From Mobula hypostoma (taxonomy: Eukaryota), in assembly GCF_963921235.1 (NCBI RefSeq), contig NC_086108.1:71798001-71862000 (forward strand): a DNA stretch of 64,000 nt, read 5' to 3'. The position numbers and the translations under genes are program-made. The notes beneath the pieces were generated by a model. That model was not told the DNA's origin, searched no databases, and worked only from the letters and a program-made list of their open reading frames with translations. Positions within the stretch are counted from its first letter, which is position 1, and each line of letters opens with the position of its first letter. This document shows positions 1-12,861 of the stretch, piece by piece.

Positions 1-330
1 AATTCCACAGATTCACCACTCTCTGTGTGAAGAAGTTTTTCCTAATCTCGGTCCTAAAAGGCTTCCCCTTTATCCTTAACTGTGACCCCTCGTTCTGGAC
101 TTCTCCAACATCGGGAACAATCATCTTGCATCTAGCCTGTCCAATCCCTTTAGAATTTTATATGTTTCAATAAGATCCCCCATCAATCTTCTAAATTCCA
201 ACGAGTATAAGCCTAGTCGATCCAGTCTTTCATCATATGAAAGTCCTGCCATCCCAGGAATCAATCTGGTGAACCTTCTTTGTACTCCCTCTATGGCAAG
301 AATGTCTTTCCTCAGATTAAGGGACCAAAA
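1..330 (-). mobile_element. CR1-type LINE, 3' RT fragment running off the window edge
   Basis: Near-identical to the reverse complement of about 23150-23480 (FFTQRVVNLWN region). Confidence 0.9.
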
Positions 331-470
331 GAGTAAGCAGTTGACATTTTGGGCCGAGACTCTTCATCAGGATCTGACAAAGGGTCTTGACCCGAAACAT
401 CGACTGTTAACTCTTTTCTATTCTTGCTGCCTGGCCTGCTGAGCACCAGCAGCATCTTGTGTGTGTATTA
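331..470. mobile_element. Penelope-derived palindromic element with two inverted hammerhead-like motifs
   Basis: cagttgacattttgggccgagactcttcatcagga followed by tctgacaaagggtcttgacccgaaacatcgactg forms an inverted pair. The gctgcctggcctgctgag...gtgtgt arm is shared with 19580-19713 and 63217-63390. Confidence 0.75.
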
Positions 471-477
471 GCTTGTG

Positions 478-660
478 TGCAGTAACTGTTTTTGAGACTA
501 GTGGGTCTGGGGTGGATGCTGCATAGTCTCTTCCTTGATGGGAATGGGGCAAACTGTCCAAATGCAGAGTAGGTGGGAACCTTTATAATATTGCTGGTCT
601 TTCTCTGGCACCATTCTGTATATAGGTCCTTGAAGGCGGGTAGGTTAGTGCTGGTGATGA
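478..660 (-). mobile_element. Rex1/Babar-like LINE 3' fragment
   Basis: The minus frame reads DLYTEWCQRKTSNIIKVPT...PSRKRLCSIHPRPTSLKNSY, homologous to the Rex-type C-terminus at 3989-4369. Confidence 0.65.
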
Positions 661-1399
661 TTTGTACATCATTATATATTGTATGCTTTTGCAATATCAA
701 CATTGTCTTCTTAGACCTAATGACATGGATTTCCATAAATGCCCAAATGTTGTACTTTTATCATTTATTCATTTTCCAGGATATGAAGGTCACTCACAAA
801 ACCAATATTTATTGTCCATCCCTAATTGCCCTAGAGACATTATGCCATGAGTCACTTTCTGGGATGCATTCCTTAGATCTCTATTCTCACAGTGCTGTTG
901 AATTGAGGGTTTCAGGTTTTAGGTCCAGTGTTGATGAAGAATAAGGTATATGCTTAAATCAGGATGTTGTGCACATTACGTGCAGATGGCTGTATTCCCT
1001 TGGGTCTGCTGTTCTTGAACCTCTTAGTGCTAGAGGATGAGGACTTGGAAAGTGACGTCAGAAGACCCTGTGTGAGTAACTGAAGTTCCTTGCGTACATG
1101 GTAGCCACAGTGCGCTGCTAGAGGTGACAATGAACACTTAGGGTGATTGATGTGATGGCAGTCAAGCTTCCTGAGAGTTGTTAGAGTTGCATTCATTCAG
1201 GCAAATAAGGGTAACATCTTCAGTATTAAAACAGGTCACTTATATTAATGCGTTAATAACATTTGTGCTATTTCCTTTTTCTGTTAAGGCACTTTTGCAC
1301 ATTATTTAAGTAAAATATTAAGGATTCTTTCCAGCTTTATAGTTTTTTTTCATGAAAAACAATTCCATATTTTTAACTACTCCACTATTTCATCTTTTT

Positions 1400-1505
1400 T
1401 TTCTCCAGTGCTGCCTAAGAGTCTTGGTTTGAAACGTCAGCTGTACTTTTTTCCATAGATACTGCCCGTCCTGCTGATTTCTTCCAGTATTTTGTTTGTG
1501 TTGCC
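1400..1505 (+). repeat. Degenerate Penelope-derived arm with hammerhead remnant
   Basis: cagtgctgcctaagagtcttggtttgaaacgtcagctg...ccatagat...cctgctgatttcttccagtattttg. Confidence 0.6.
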
Positions 1506-2512
1506 TCCATATTTCCAAAAGGTTTTTTGAGATTTGAGATATTTAAAAAGTATTCTATTTATATATCTCAGATGCCTTCTGATACTCTACTAAACCAAAC
1601 CTACATCTTGTCCCTAGTTCACCTCATGAATTTCATCAGTGTGACAACTACGTTCATCGTCTACTTCAAGCCTTCTCTTGTTCCCTTAAATCCCTGAAAT
1701 GCCTGACAATACAGATTTTCTTGCTCGATCAAATTGTCTTGTGTTCTCTTTCAAGACTACCGTCATTAATTGTGTTCAAAAAATGCCCCTTTGTCTCTGC
1801 AGTCCTTCTCCCACCACCTTTTTTAAAGTGACTCCTTCCTCCACGGCTAACAATGTAGCTGTGTTTTATGATTAGCATTTCCTCCCTCCCCACCCACTCG
1901 CATTGTGACACTCCAGGCATATGAAACACATGACGTGAGAATTATCAGTGCCGCCATTTCCTTCAAGACTACGGACAGGTAAAGTTGAGTGGTAATGTCA
2001 GGGCAAGAAATAATTCTGACCATATTTTAAAATACCTCTCACCAGGACCCAACAATTCACAATAAACTTTTTCAAACAGCTATTTTAGAAAAAAAGATGG
2101 ATTAAAAAGAAGAACAAAAATTAAGCGGCAATTTATTATTTTAATTTTTAAATAAAACGATTAGTTAAGTGTTGTTTATTTTTATTTAATTTTATCCAAT
2201 AGAATACTCTGCACTCAGGTTGGTGTAACAATGAGGAACCCTCTGTCAATGCCGATGCTGTTCCATAAGCAGGTGAGTAGAAAGGTGTCATGGTTCCTGC
2301 TGCTGGAAGACAATGGACAAATTGTCTCACCAAAGGTTAAACCACAAAATGATGTTGAGGTAATATATCAACATGGATAGAGCATTGGCGCTCATCTGAT
2401 CGGAGTGTGGAAGATAGGGGAAAATTGAAATTAAAAAATGTAGGTGCTGTTAATTTCCAGCAGATTTTTTTTTTTGGTTCCAGTTTCCAGCACATGCAGT
2501 CTCTACTAACGT

Positions 2513-4610
2513 AGAAACATAGAAAACCTACAGCACAATACAGGCCCTTTGGCTCACAATGCTGTGCCGAACATGTACTTACTTTAGAAATTACCTAGGG
2601 TTACCCATAGCCCTCTATTTTTCTAAGCTCCACATACCTAAGCTTATAAGACCCTATTCTATCCACCTCCACCAGAGTCACCGGCAGCCCATTCCACACA
2701 CTCACCACTCTCTGCGTAAAAAACCCATCCCTGACATCTCCTCTGTACCTCCTACTTCGAATCACCTTAAAACTGTGCCCTCTTGTGTTAGCCATTTCAG
2801 TCCTGGGAAAAAGCCTCTGACTATCCACATGGTCAATACCTCTCATCATCTTATACACCTCTATCAGGTCACCTCTCATCCTCTGTTGCTCCAAGGAGAA
2901 AAGGCCAAGTTCACTCAACCTATTCTCATAAGGCATGCTCCCCAATCCGGGCAACATCCTTGTAAATCTCCTCTGCACCCTTTCTATAGTTTCCACATCC
3001 TTCCTCTAGTAAGGTGACCAGAACTGAGCACAGTACTCTAAGTGGGGTCTGACCAGGGTCCTATATAGCTATAAAATTACCTCTTGGCTCTTAAATTCAA
3101 TCCCATGGTTGATGAAGGACAATGCACCATATGCTTTCTTAAACACAGTCAACCTGCGCAGCAGCTTTGAGTATCCTATTGACTTGGAACCCATGATCCA
3201 TCTGACCCTCCACACTGCCAAGAGTCTTACCAAGAATACAGTCCACACTATATTCTGTCATCATATTTGACCTACCAAAATGAACCACCTCACACTTATC
3301 TGGGTTGAACTCCATCTTCCACTTCCCAGCCCAGTTTTGCATCCTATCAATGTCCCGCTGTAACCTCTGACAGCCCTCCACACTATCCACAACACACCCA
3401 ACCTTTGTGTCATCAGCAAATTTACTAACCCATCCCTCCACTTCCTCATCCAGGTCATTTATAAAAATCACGAAGAGAAGGAGTCCCAAAACAGATCCCT
3501 GAGGCACACCACTGGTCACCGACCTCCATGCAGAATATGACCCGTCTACGACCACTCTTTGCCTTCTGTGGGCGAGCCAGTTCTGGATCCACAAAGCAAG
3601 GTCCCTTTGAATCCCGTGCCTCCTTACTTTCTCAATAAGACTTGAATGGGGTACCTTATCAAATGCTTTGCTGAAATCTATACACACCACGGTAGTTGGC
3701 CTTGATCAGAGGGGATAACGAGACGCCCTACAGGGATGAGGTCCAGTACCTGGCCATATGGTGTGCCGACAACAACCTGGCCCTTAACACCCAGAAGACC
3801 AAAGAGATCATTGTGGACTTCAGGCATGCTAGGAGCCACATTCACGTTCCCATCTACATCAACGGAGTTGTAGTGGAGCGTGTTTCAAGCTTCCTTGGTG
3901 TCCAAGGAATTTCCATTTTCGAGGATCTCACCTGGTCCCTGAACTCCTCCATCCTGGTCAAAAAAGCACAATAGCACCTTTATTTCTTGTGGAGCATCAA
4001 GAAAGCTCACCTCTGTCCCAGATACTGACGGACCTTTACCGCTGTACCTTTGAGAGCATACTCACCAACTGCATCTCAGTGTGGTATGGCAATTGTCCCG
4101 TATCGGACCACAAAGCACTCCAGTGTGTGGTGAAAATTGCCCAGTGGATTATCGGCACCCAATTGCCCACCATTGAGAACATCTACCATAAACGCTGCCT
4201 GGACAGGGCGAAAAGCATTATCAAGGATGCATCTCACCCTAACCATGGACTTTTTACTCTTGTCCCATCCGGTAGGTGCTACAGGAGCCTCCGCTCCCAC
4301 ACCAGCAGGCTCAGGAAGAGCTTCTTCCCTGAGGCTGTGACCCTGCTGAACCTCACATCACAGCACTAAGCAGTATTGCACCCATATTGTACTGTCTCAG
4401 TACTTTTATATTTGTGTGCTGTAGCACTTCCTTTTTATTTGCAGTTATTTTGTAAATAACACTATTCTTTGCATTTCTGGTCAGATGCTAATGGCAATTC
4501 ATTGGCTTTGTATCTGTACTCAGCACAATGACAATAAAGTTGAATCTAATCTACTGCTCTACCTTCAACAATGTGTTTAGTCACATCCTCAAAAAAATTC
4601 AATCAAAAAT
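2513..4610 (-). mobile_element. 5'-truncated CR1 LINE (RT plus 3' tail), split by a Rex1 insertion at 3691-4552
   Basis: ORFs 3139..3690 ([27 protein letters not shown]) and 2601..2996. Tail (TTTCTATG)n at about 2513-2525. CR1 sequence resumes at about 4550-4610. Confidence 0.92.
3691..4552 (+). mobile_element. 5'-truncated Rex1/Babar-like LINE
   Basis: ORFs 3696..3974 (WCADNNLALNTQKTKEIIVDFR) and 3989..4369 (ESILTNCISVWYG...SFFPEAVTLLN). 3' end aataaagttgaatctaatcta. Confidence 0.88.
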
Positions 4611-5586
4611 GTTTCACAATGAGGATAGTTTGGACTTTGAATGTTTGCACAATGTTTCAGTAAGTTTTGTTCGACATAAATCCATTAATTTCATTAGTGC
4701 AACCAGACTTCTGGCGTCCAGAATCTATAGGGGTCAAAATTGTGAAAAATATACTTACCTTTTTCTCATCAGTAGTATCACTTGCCATCAAAAGAGCCAC
4801 TGCTTGGATACCAATGATCTAAATACTGAAGTGATGAGCCATAAAGTTGGAGCTTAAAATGCAAGTGCAATTTAAATGGTCAGTCTTCGAGTTATAACAT
4901 TTTGTTTATCCTTGAGTTCCAAAAATCATGCCATTAGCAAAGACTAATCTAGCTGTTGATGGCATGTAGCACTTTTAGAGGTTGATGGTATGACTTTGTG
5001 GGAAGCACTGCTTCATGGCTGATCATAGTTGGCAGTTTACGATGCAAGGATACATATTGTATGGAAAGGATAGCCAGGTAGGCAGAGGGGGTGGGTGGCT
5101 TTGTTAGTAAAAAAATGAAAGCAAATCCTTAGAAAGAGGTGACATAGGATCAGAAAATGTAAAATTCTTGTGCGTAGAGTTAATAAACTGCAAGGGTAAA
5201 AAATTCCGGTTGGGATTTATATATAGGCCTCCCAACTGTAGCCAGGATGTGGGGTACAAATTACAACAGCAGAAAGAAAAGGTATGTAAAAAGGGCAATG
5301 TTTTGATAGACATGAAGAATTTCAATATACAGCTAGATTGGGAAAATCATTTTGGTGCTGGATCCCAAGAGAGGGGATTAGAAGAATGCCTACATGATGG
5401 CTTTTTTGAGCAGCTTGCGGTTGAGACCTCTGGAGGAAAGGGAATTCTGGATTAGGTGATTTGAAATGAACCAGATTTGATTAGGGAGCTTAAGGCAAAT
5501 TAACCCATAGGAGGCAATGATCATAATACAGCATTCACCCTGCAGTTTTCAAGGGAAAAGCTGAAGTCAGATGTATCAGTATTCCA

Positions 5587-8106
5587 ACTGGAGGGATCAG
5601 AAGCTTGAGAAGATGTAATTCACTCAGGTTTGCTGATCGAGTAGAAAAGGCAATAACTCCTGGCAGTTTTGGAGCTTTGAACAGTGGCCAAGCAGCTTTC
5701 AGGATTGATTGACAAGTACAAATTAAAGTAAGGCAGGGGCAAACAGAGTGGCTGAATTAGAGTGGAGGTTTTGAGGCTTTAACTGTTTGGGGCTTCAGGA
5801 AAGAGAGGCTTCGTAAGGAAAGGCAAAAACAAACAATAGGTAGAGTACTATTTTTCCCTTTTTTACATTCGCTCAGTTAGAACAATAGAGATGCCAGGCG
5901 GGGATGCATTGGGACAGGCTAACTCTTGCAGGACGTGGGAAGGCAGGGAGACCTCCAGTGCCCCTAATGACTTCACCTGCGAGAAGTGCATCCAGCTTCA
6001 GTTTCTAACAAACTGCGTTAATGAGTTGGTTAGGGTATGATAGATAGGACATATAGAGAGGTAGTTTTACCCATGATAGAGGGCACAGAAAACCAGAATA
6101 CCAGAACAATTAGTGGAGAGGTTGTGAAGGCGGATGTTGGTAAGACCTCAGGAAAAAGTCCAGAATCAAAAGGTTGAGCATGATGCGACTAGTGTCCTGA
6201 GCTGTGTATATTTCAATGCAAGGAGTATTGTAGGAAATGCAGATGAGCTCAGCGCATGAATCAACACCTGGAATTATGATACTGTAGCCATTATTGTGAC
6301 TTGGTTGCAGAAGGGACAAGACTGGCAGCTCAATATTCCAAGGTTCTGTTGTCTTAGATGTGATGGGGAGAGGGGATTAAAGGGGGAGGGGTGGCATGAC
6401 AAGTCAAGGAAAATTTCACACCAGTGCTCCGTCAGGACAGACTGGAGAACTCATCTATCAAAGTGTTATGGGTGGAAATGAAAAATAAGAATGGTGTAAC
6501 TACATTAATGGGGCTATTTTGCCGACCACCCAACAGTCCAAGGGGTTTAGAGGAACAAATTTGTAGACAGTTCGCAGACTGTTGCAAGAAACGTAAGATT
6601 GTTAAAGTAGGTCATTTTAATTTTCCACATAGTGACTGGGACTCCTATTTGGTAAAAGACTAGATGGAATAAAGTTTGTCAAATGTGTTCAGGAAGTCCC
6701 AACAAAAGAGTGTGTGATACTTGATCTGCTGTTAGGGAATGGCAGAAGTTTGTGTAGGGAAACACTTTGTATCTAGTGATCACAATGCCACTAGTTTCAA
6801 AGTAAATATGCAAAAAGATAGGTCTGGTTCATGGGTTGAGATTCTAAGTTGCAGAAAGGCCAAGTTTGATGGTATCAAAAATGATCTGGCAAGTGTGGAT
6901 TGGGCTCGCTTGTTTTCTGGAAAAGATGTGCTTGGTAAGTGGGAGGCTGTCAAAAGTGAAATTTGAGAGTACAAATCTTTTATGTGCCTCACAGAATAAA
7001 AGGTAAAGATAACAATTGTAGGGAACCTGGGTTTCAAGAGATATTGAGGCCCTGATTAAGAACAAAAAGGAGATGCATAGCAAGTATAGGCAGGTAGTAA
7101 CAAATGAGCTGCTTAAGGAGTATAAGAAATGCAAGAGAACATTTAAGAAAAAAAATCAGGAGAGCTAAAAGAAGGCATGAGGTTGCCCTAGCAGGCAAGG
7201 TAAAGGAGAATCCCAAGAGATTCTACAGATATGTGAAGAGCAAAAGGATTGCAAGGGACATAATTGGTCCTCTAGAAGATCAGAATGTTAATCCATATGT
7301 GGAGCCGAAAGAGATGGAGATCTTAAATACGATTTTGCATCTGTATTTACACAGAGTCTATAGAAATGAGGCAACTTCATGGACTGTATACAGATTACAG
7401 AGGAAGAGGCATTTGCTGTCTTGAGGCAAATGTCTTGGGGTGGATAAATTCCTAGGGCCTGACAAGGTGTTCCCTCAGACTCTATGTGAGACAAGTGCAG
7501 AAATTGCCAGGACTCTAGCAGAGATATTTAAATCATACTTAGAGGCAGGAGAGGTACCAGAGGATTAGAGGATAGCAAATGTTGTTCTGTTGTTTAAGAA
7601 AGGCTCTAAACATAAACCAGGAAACTATAGGCCGGTGAGTCCAACATCAGTTGTGGGAAAATTATTGGAAGGTATTCTAAGGGAGCAGATATATAAGTAT
7701 TTGGATAGACGTGGACTGATTAAGGATAGTTAGTATGGCTTCATGTATATTAGGTCACGTCCAACCATTCTTACAAAGTTTTTGAGGAAGTTACTAGGAA
7801 ATTGGATGAAGGCAAGGCAGTGGATGTTGTTTACTTGGACTTTAGCAAGGCGAAAGTTTAAGGGGAACTTCTTCAATTAGAGGGTCGGGAGTCTGTAGAA
7901 CAAGTTGTTAGCACAAGTGGTGCCAGCGAGCTCAATTTCAACATTTAAGCAAAGTTTGGATAGGTACATGGATGGTAGAGGTATGGAGGTCTATGGTCCC
8001 AGTGCAGGTTTATGGGAGCAGGCAGTTTACATGGTTTTGGCACAAATGAGATGGGCTGAAGGACCTGTTTCTGTGCTGTACTTTTTGATGACTCTATGAC
8101 TCTATA
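5587..8106 (+). mobile_element. CR1 LINE with ORF1 zinc-finger remnant, APE and RT; large internal deletion near 7850
   Basis: TCEKCIQLQ at about 5975-6000. APE remnants at 6200-6800 (CRPPNS, SDHN). RT up to the DFSKA motif at about 7850, then directly the 3' end with a (TGACTCTA)n tail at 8088-8105. Confidence 0.85.
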
Positions 8107-8240
8107 GTGGAGTAAAGGAAATTACAGAGGCATGAGAAAGGAGCTGGCCAAAGTTAATTGAAAAGGAGCATTAGCAGGGATGATGATAGAACAGCAATGG
8201 CTGGCGTTTCTGGGAGCAATTTAGAAAGCACAGGACAGAT

Positions 8241-11214
8241 TTAAAAGGAAAGCTTCATGGGTGTTTGGAGTCATTCCAGCGGCCCAATCTACGGCGGGAG
8301 CAGCGCACAGTGAGGAGGTTGCTCGCAGGCTAGCGGGAGCCGCGCAGAGAGGAGTAAATAAAAATACAGAGGGGACAAGCGGAACAGCCATTGTTGGAAT
8401 GGCCATTGTTGGAGTGGGCCAGTGGAAAGGGGGGAGTGTCAGATTTTGGCTCAAAGGAGGCTTTGACTCAGAAAAGGCGTTTGGCTCTAGGTAAATTGTC
8501 AGGTAAGTTTCTGTTAAGTTTCCCTTTTTTGTTACTGTGTCAGGGGTACTTAGCGTAGTTTAAATGGCTGTTGTGTGTTCTTCATGCCAGATGTTGGAGT
8601 CTTGGAGGACCCAGAGTGGACATCCTTCAGTTTGTATGGAAGAGTGAGATCATCAACTGGAATTTCAGGAAAGTAGTTACTGCTAAGTTGCAGGAGGCGG
8701 GCAACTTGGTGACTGTCAGCAGAAGAAACGGGAAGGCAAAAAGGCAGTTAGCATAGAACCCTGTGGCCATTCCCCTCAATAATAAATATACTGTTTTGGA
8801 TAGTGTTGTGGGGGAATACCTCCCAGGCGAATGCCATGGAGACCAGGCTACTGGCACTGAGCATGGGCCTGTGGTGCAGAAGAGAATGGTAGTGATAGGG
8901 GACTCAATAGCCAGAGGAACAGACAGGAGATTCTGTGGATGTGAACAGGACACCCGGATGGTATGCTACCTCCCAAATGCCAGTGTCAGGGATTCCTTGG
9001 ATCACGTCCACAGTATTTTGGAGAGGGAGGGAGAGCAGCCAGATGTCTTGGTACATATTGATACCAATGACATAGGAAGGAAAAGCAATGAGGTCCTGAA
9101 GAGAGAATTTCGAGAGCTAGGCAGAAAGCTGAGAAGCAGGACCTCCAAGATAGTAATTTCTGGATTGTTGCGTGTGGCGTACGCCAGTGAGTGTAGAGAC
9201 AGGATGATTTGGCAAATTAAGGTGTGGCTGAGAAGCTGGTGCAGGGGGCAGGGCTTCAGGTTCTTGAATCATTGGGATCTCTTCTGGGGGAGGTATAACC
9301 TGTACAAAAGGGAGGGGTTGCACCTGAAATTGAGTGGGACCAATATTTTTGCGAGAAGGTTTGTTAGAGCTGTTGGGGAGAGTTGGGGAGGGGAACCAGA
9401 GTGAAGGGACTCAGGATAGGAAGGATGGTTTAAAAAAAGAACAAAGATGACGTGGAGTCGGTCTGTCAGGAAAGGCAGGCAGATAATAGGACAAAATTGC
9501 TGCCGGCAGTGTGAGTATCAGTGCATTAGAGATGCAGAATCAAAATGGTTAGCAAATACAGAACTCAAAGTGTTGTGTCTCAAAGCATGGAGTATAAGAA
9601 ATAAGGTGGATGATCTTGTTGCACTTTTAATGATTGTCAGGTATGACGTTGTGGCCATCACTGAATCGTGGCTGGAGGTTGGTTGCAGTTGGGAGCTGAA
9701 TGTTGAAGGTTACACATTGTTTCAGAGCGATAGGAAGGTAGCTGAGGGGGTGGCATGGTTCTGCTGGTAAAGAATGGCATCAAATCATTAGAAAGATGTG
9801 ACATAGGATCTGGAGATGTTGAATTTGTTTTTGGGTTGAGTTTAGAAAATACGGGGGTAAAAGGACGCTGATGGCAGTTATACACAGGCCACTAAATAGT
9901 TGCTGGCATGTGGATTACAGATTACAATTGGAAATAGAAAAGGCACGTCTAAAGGGCAATATTATGATAATCATGGGAGATTTTAAGATGTAGGTACAAT
10001 GGAAAAATCAGGTCAGTAATGGTTCCCAGGAGAGTGAATTTGTTGAACACCTACAAGGTGGCTTTTTAGAGCAGTTTGTCGGTGAGCTTACTAGGGGATC
10101 AGTTGTACTAGACTGGGTGCAATGTAATGAACCAGAGGTGACTAGGGAATTTAAGGTAAAGGAAGCCTTAAGAGACAGTGATCATAATACGGTGGGGTTC
10201 AACTTGAAATTTGATAGGGAGAAAGTAAAGTCTGACTTAGCAGTATTTCAGTGGACTGAAGGAAACTATAGTGGTATGAGAGAGGAGTTAACCAAAGTAA
10301 ATTGGAAGGAAAAGATGGCAGGGATGACAGCAGAGCACCAATGACGTAAGTTTCTGGGAAAAATGAGGAAGGTGCAGGATACAGTAGTATTCCGAAAACA
10401 AATAAATATGCAAATGGAAAAATAGTACAACTCTGGCTGACAAAGGAAGTCAAAGCTAATGTAAAAGCAAAAGAGAGAGGGCATACAATGAAGCAAAAAA
10501 TAGCAGAAAGATAGAGGATTGAGAGGCTTTTAAAAACCTACAGAGAGCAATAAAAAGAATCACTAGGAGGGAGAAGATGAAACATGAAAGCAAGCTAGCA
10601 AACAATATCAAGGTGGATAGAGAAGACTTTTTCAAGTATATAAAAGAGAGATGAGAGTGGATATAGGACCGCTAGTAAATGAGGCTGGAGAAATAATAAT
10701 GGGGGACAAGGAGACGACAGGTGAACTTGATGAGTATTTTGCATCAGTCTTCACTGTGTTAGACACTAGCAGTGTGCCAGATGTTGAAGGGTGTTGAAGA
10801 GAAGTGAGTGCAATTACTATTACAAGGGAGAAGGTGCTCAAAAAATTGAAAGACCTGAAGGTGCATAAGTCTCCTGGACCTGCTGAACTGCACCCTAGGA
10901 TTCTGAAGGTAGCAGTAGAGATTGTGAAGACACCAGAAATGATCTTTCAAGAATCATTGGACTTAGCATGGTTCCGGAGAACTGGGAAATTGGAAATGTC
11001 ACTCCACTCTTTAAGAAAGGAGGGAGGCAGCAGAAAAGAAATTATAGACCAGTTAGCCTGACCACGGTGGTTGGGAAGATGTTGGAGTCAATTGTTAAGG
11101 AGGTTATGGTGATACAGGCTAAGCTAGGACAAAGTCAGCATGATTTTCTTAAGGAAAAATCTTGCCTGATGAACCTGTTGGAATTCTTTGAGGAGATTAC
11201 AAGTAGGATGGATG

Positions 11215-11245
<31 letters not shown>

Positions 11246-12507
11246 TTTATTAATCCCGAGGGAAATTTGGTTTCGTTACAGCCGCACCAACCAAGAATAG
11301 AGCGTAAGTATAGCAATACAAGAAACCCCAAAAGTCAAAGAGGATGCAGTGGATGTTGCATATTTGTACTTTCAGAAGGCCTTTGACAAGGTGCCACACA
11401 TGAGGCTGCTTAAGAAGGTAAGAGTCCAGACAGGAAAGGTACTAACATGGTGAGAACATTTACTGATTGGTAGGAGGCAGTGAGTGGGAATGAAAGGATC
11501 CTTTTCTGGTTGGTTGCCAGTGCCTAGTGGTGTTGGGACTGCTTCTTTTTATGCTGTATATCAATGACTTAGATGATGGAATAGATGACTTTGTTGCCAA
11601 GTTTGCAGAGGATACGAAGATTGTTGGAGGGCATGTAGTGCTGAGGAAACAAGGAAGGCTGCAGAAGGACTTAGACAAATTAAGAGAATGGGCTAGAAAT
11701 TGGCAAATGAAATACAATGCTGGAAAATGCATGGTCATGCACTTTGAAAGAAAAAATAAATGTGCAGACTATTTTCTAAATGGGGAGAAAATTCAAAATT
11801 CGGAGATGCAAAGGGACCTGGGAGTCCTTGTGCAGAACATCCTGAAGGTTAACTTGCAGGAAGACGAATGCAATGTTAACATTCACTTCAAGAGGTCTAG
11901 AATACAGGAGCAGGGAAGTGATGCTGAGGCTTTATAAGGCACTGGTGAGGCCTCACCTTGAGTATTGTGAACAGTTTTGGGCTCCATCTAAGAAAAGATG
12001 TGCTGGCATTGGAGAGAGACCAGAAGAGGTTCACAAGGATGATTCCAGGAATGAAAGGGTTATCATTATGAGGAACATTTGATAGCTCTGGGTCTGTACT
12101 CGCTGGAATTCAGAAGAATGAGGAGGGAGCACACTGAAACCTTTTGAATGTTGAAAGCCTAAACAGAGTAGATATGGAAAGGATGTTTCCCCGGGTGGGG
12201 GAATCTAGGACAAGAGGGCACAGCCTCAGGATAGAGGGGCATCCATTTAAAACAGATGTGGAGAAATTTCTTTAGCCAGAGGGTGGTGAATTTGTGGAAT
12301 TTGTTTCCATAGGCAGCTGTGGAGGCCAGGTCACTGGATGTTTTTAAGGTGGAGATTGATAGGTTCCTGATTGGCCATGGCATCAAAGATTAGGGGGAGC
12401 AGGCCGGGTGTGTGGGGCAGAGGGAGGAAAAAAGTATCAGCCATGATTGAATGGCGGAGCAGACTTGATGGGCTGAATGGCCTAACTCTGCTCCTATATT
12501 ATGCTCT
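8241..12507 (+). mobile_element. Near-full-length decayed CR1 LINE (5'UTR, ORF1 zinc finger plus SGNH/GDSL esterase, ORF2 APE-RT)
   Basis: MAVVCSSCQM at about 8564. ORF 8763..9404 has VIGDSI, HIDTND and GLHL esterase blocks. APE (VAITESWL) from about 9560; RT motifs at 10860-12300. Many stops and frameshifts. Confidence 0.88.
11216..11335 (-). mobile_element. Short LINE 3' tail fragment with (TATC)n tail, inserted in CR1
   Basis: A (GATA)n run at 11216-11243 is followed by ttttattaatcccgagggaaatt (minus strand: aatttccctcgggattaataaaa), the same tail type as 44784-44840. Confidence 0.65.
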
Positions 12508-12861
12508 ATATCCCGAAGGTGAAAGAGTATTCTAAAGAAAGGATGATGCAACTGCGGCTGACAAGCAAAGTCAAAGGTAGCATGAAAGCAAAAGAGAGGG
12601 CATGTAATATAGCAAAAAAATAATGGGAAGTCTGGGGATTGGGAAGCTTTTAAAAACCAACCAAAGGCAACTAAAAAGAGAAAAGATGAAATATGAAGGT
12701 AATCTAGCCAATAATATAAAAGACGATCCAGATTTTTTTTCAGATATATAAAGAATGAAAGAGGTGTGAACAGATGTTGGAGCACTGTAAAATGTTGCTG
12801 GAGAGGTGGTAAAGGGGGAAGAATTGGCAGCCGAACTTTGTATTTTATGTCAGTCTTCACT

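Noticed and set aside
2349..2399. C/D-box snoRNA (ATGATG...CTGA)
   Set aside because: Imperfect C box, no terminal stem, and the interior resembles a CR1 RT fragment.
8763..9404. Stand-alone GDSL lipase/esterase gene
   Set aside because: It is CR1 ORF1, directly upstream of an APE-RT ORF2; three decayed ORF1 relatives occur elsewhere in the window.
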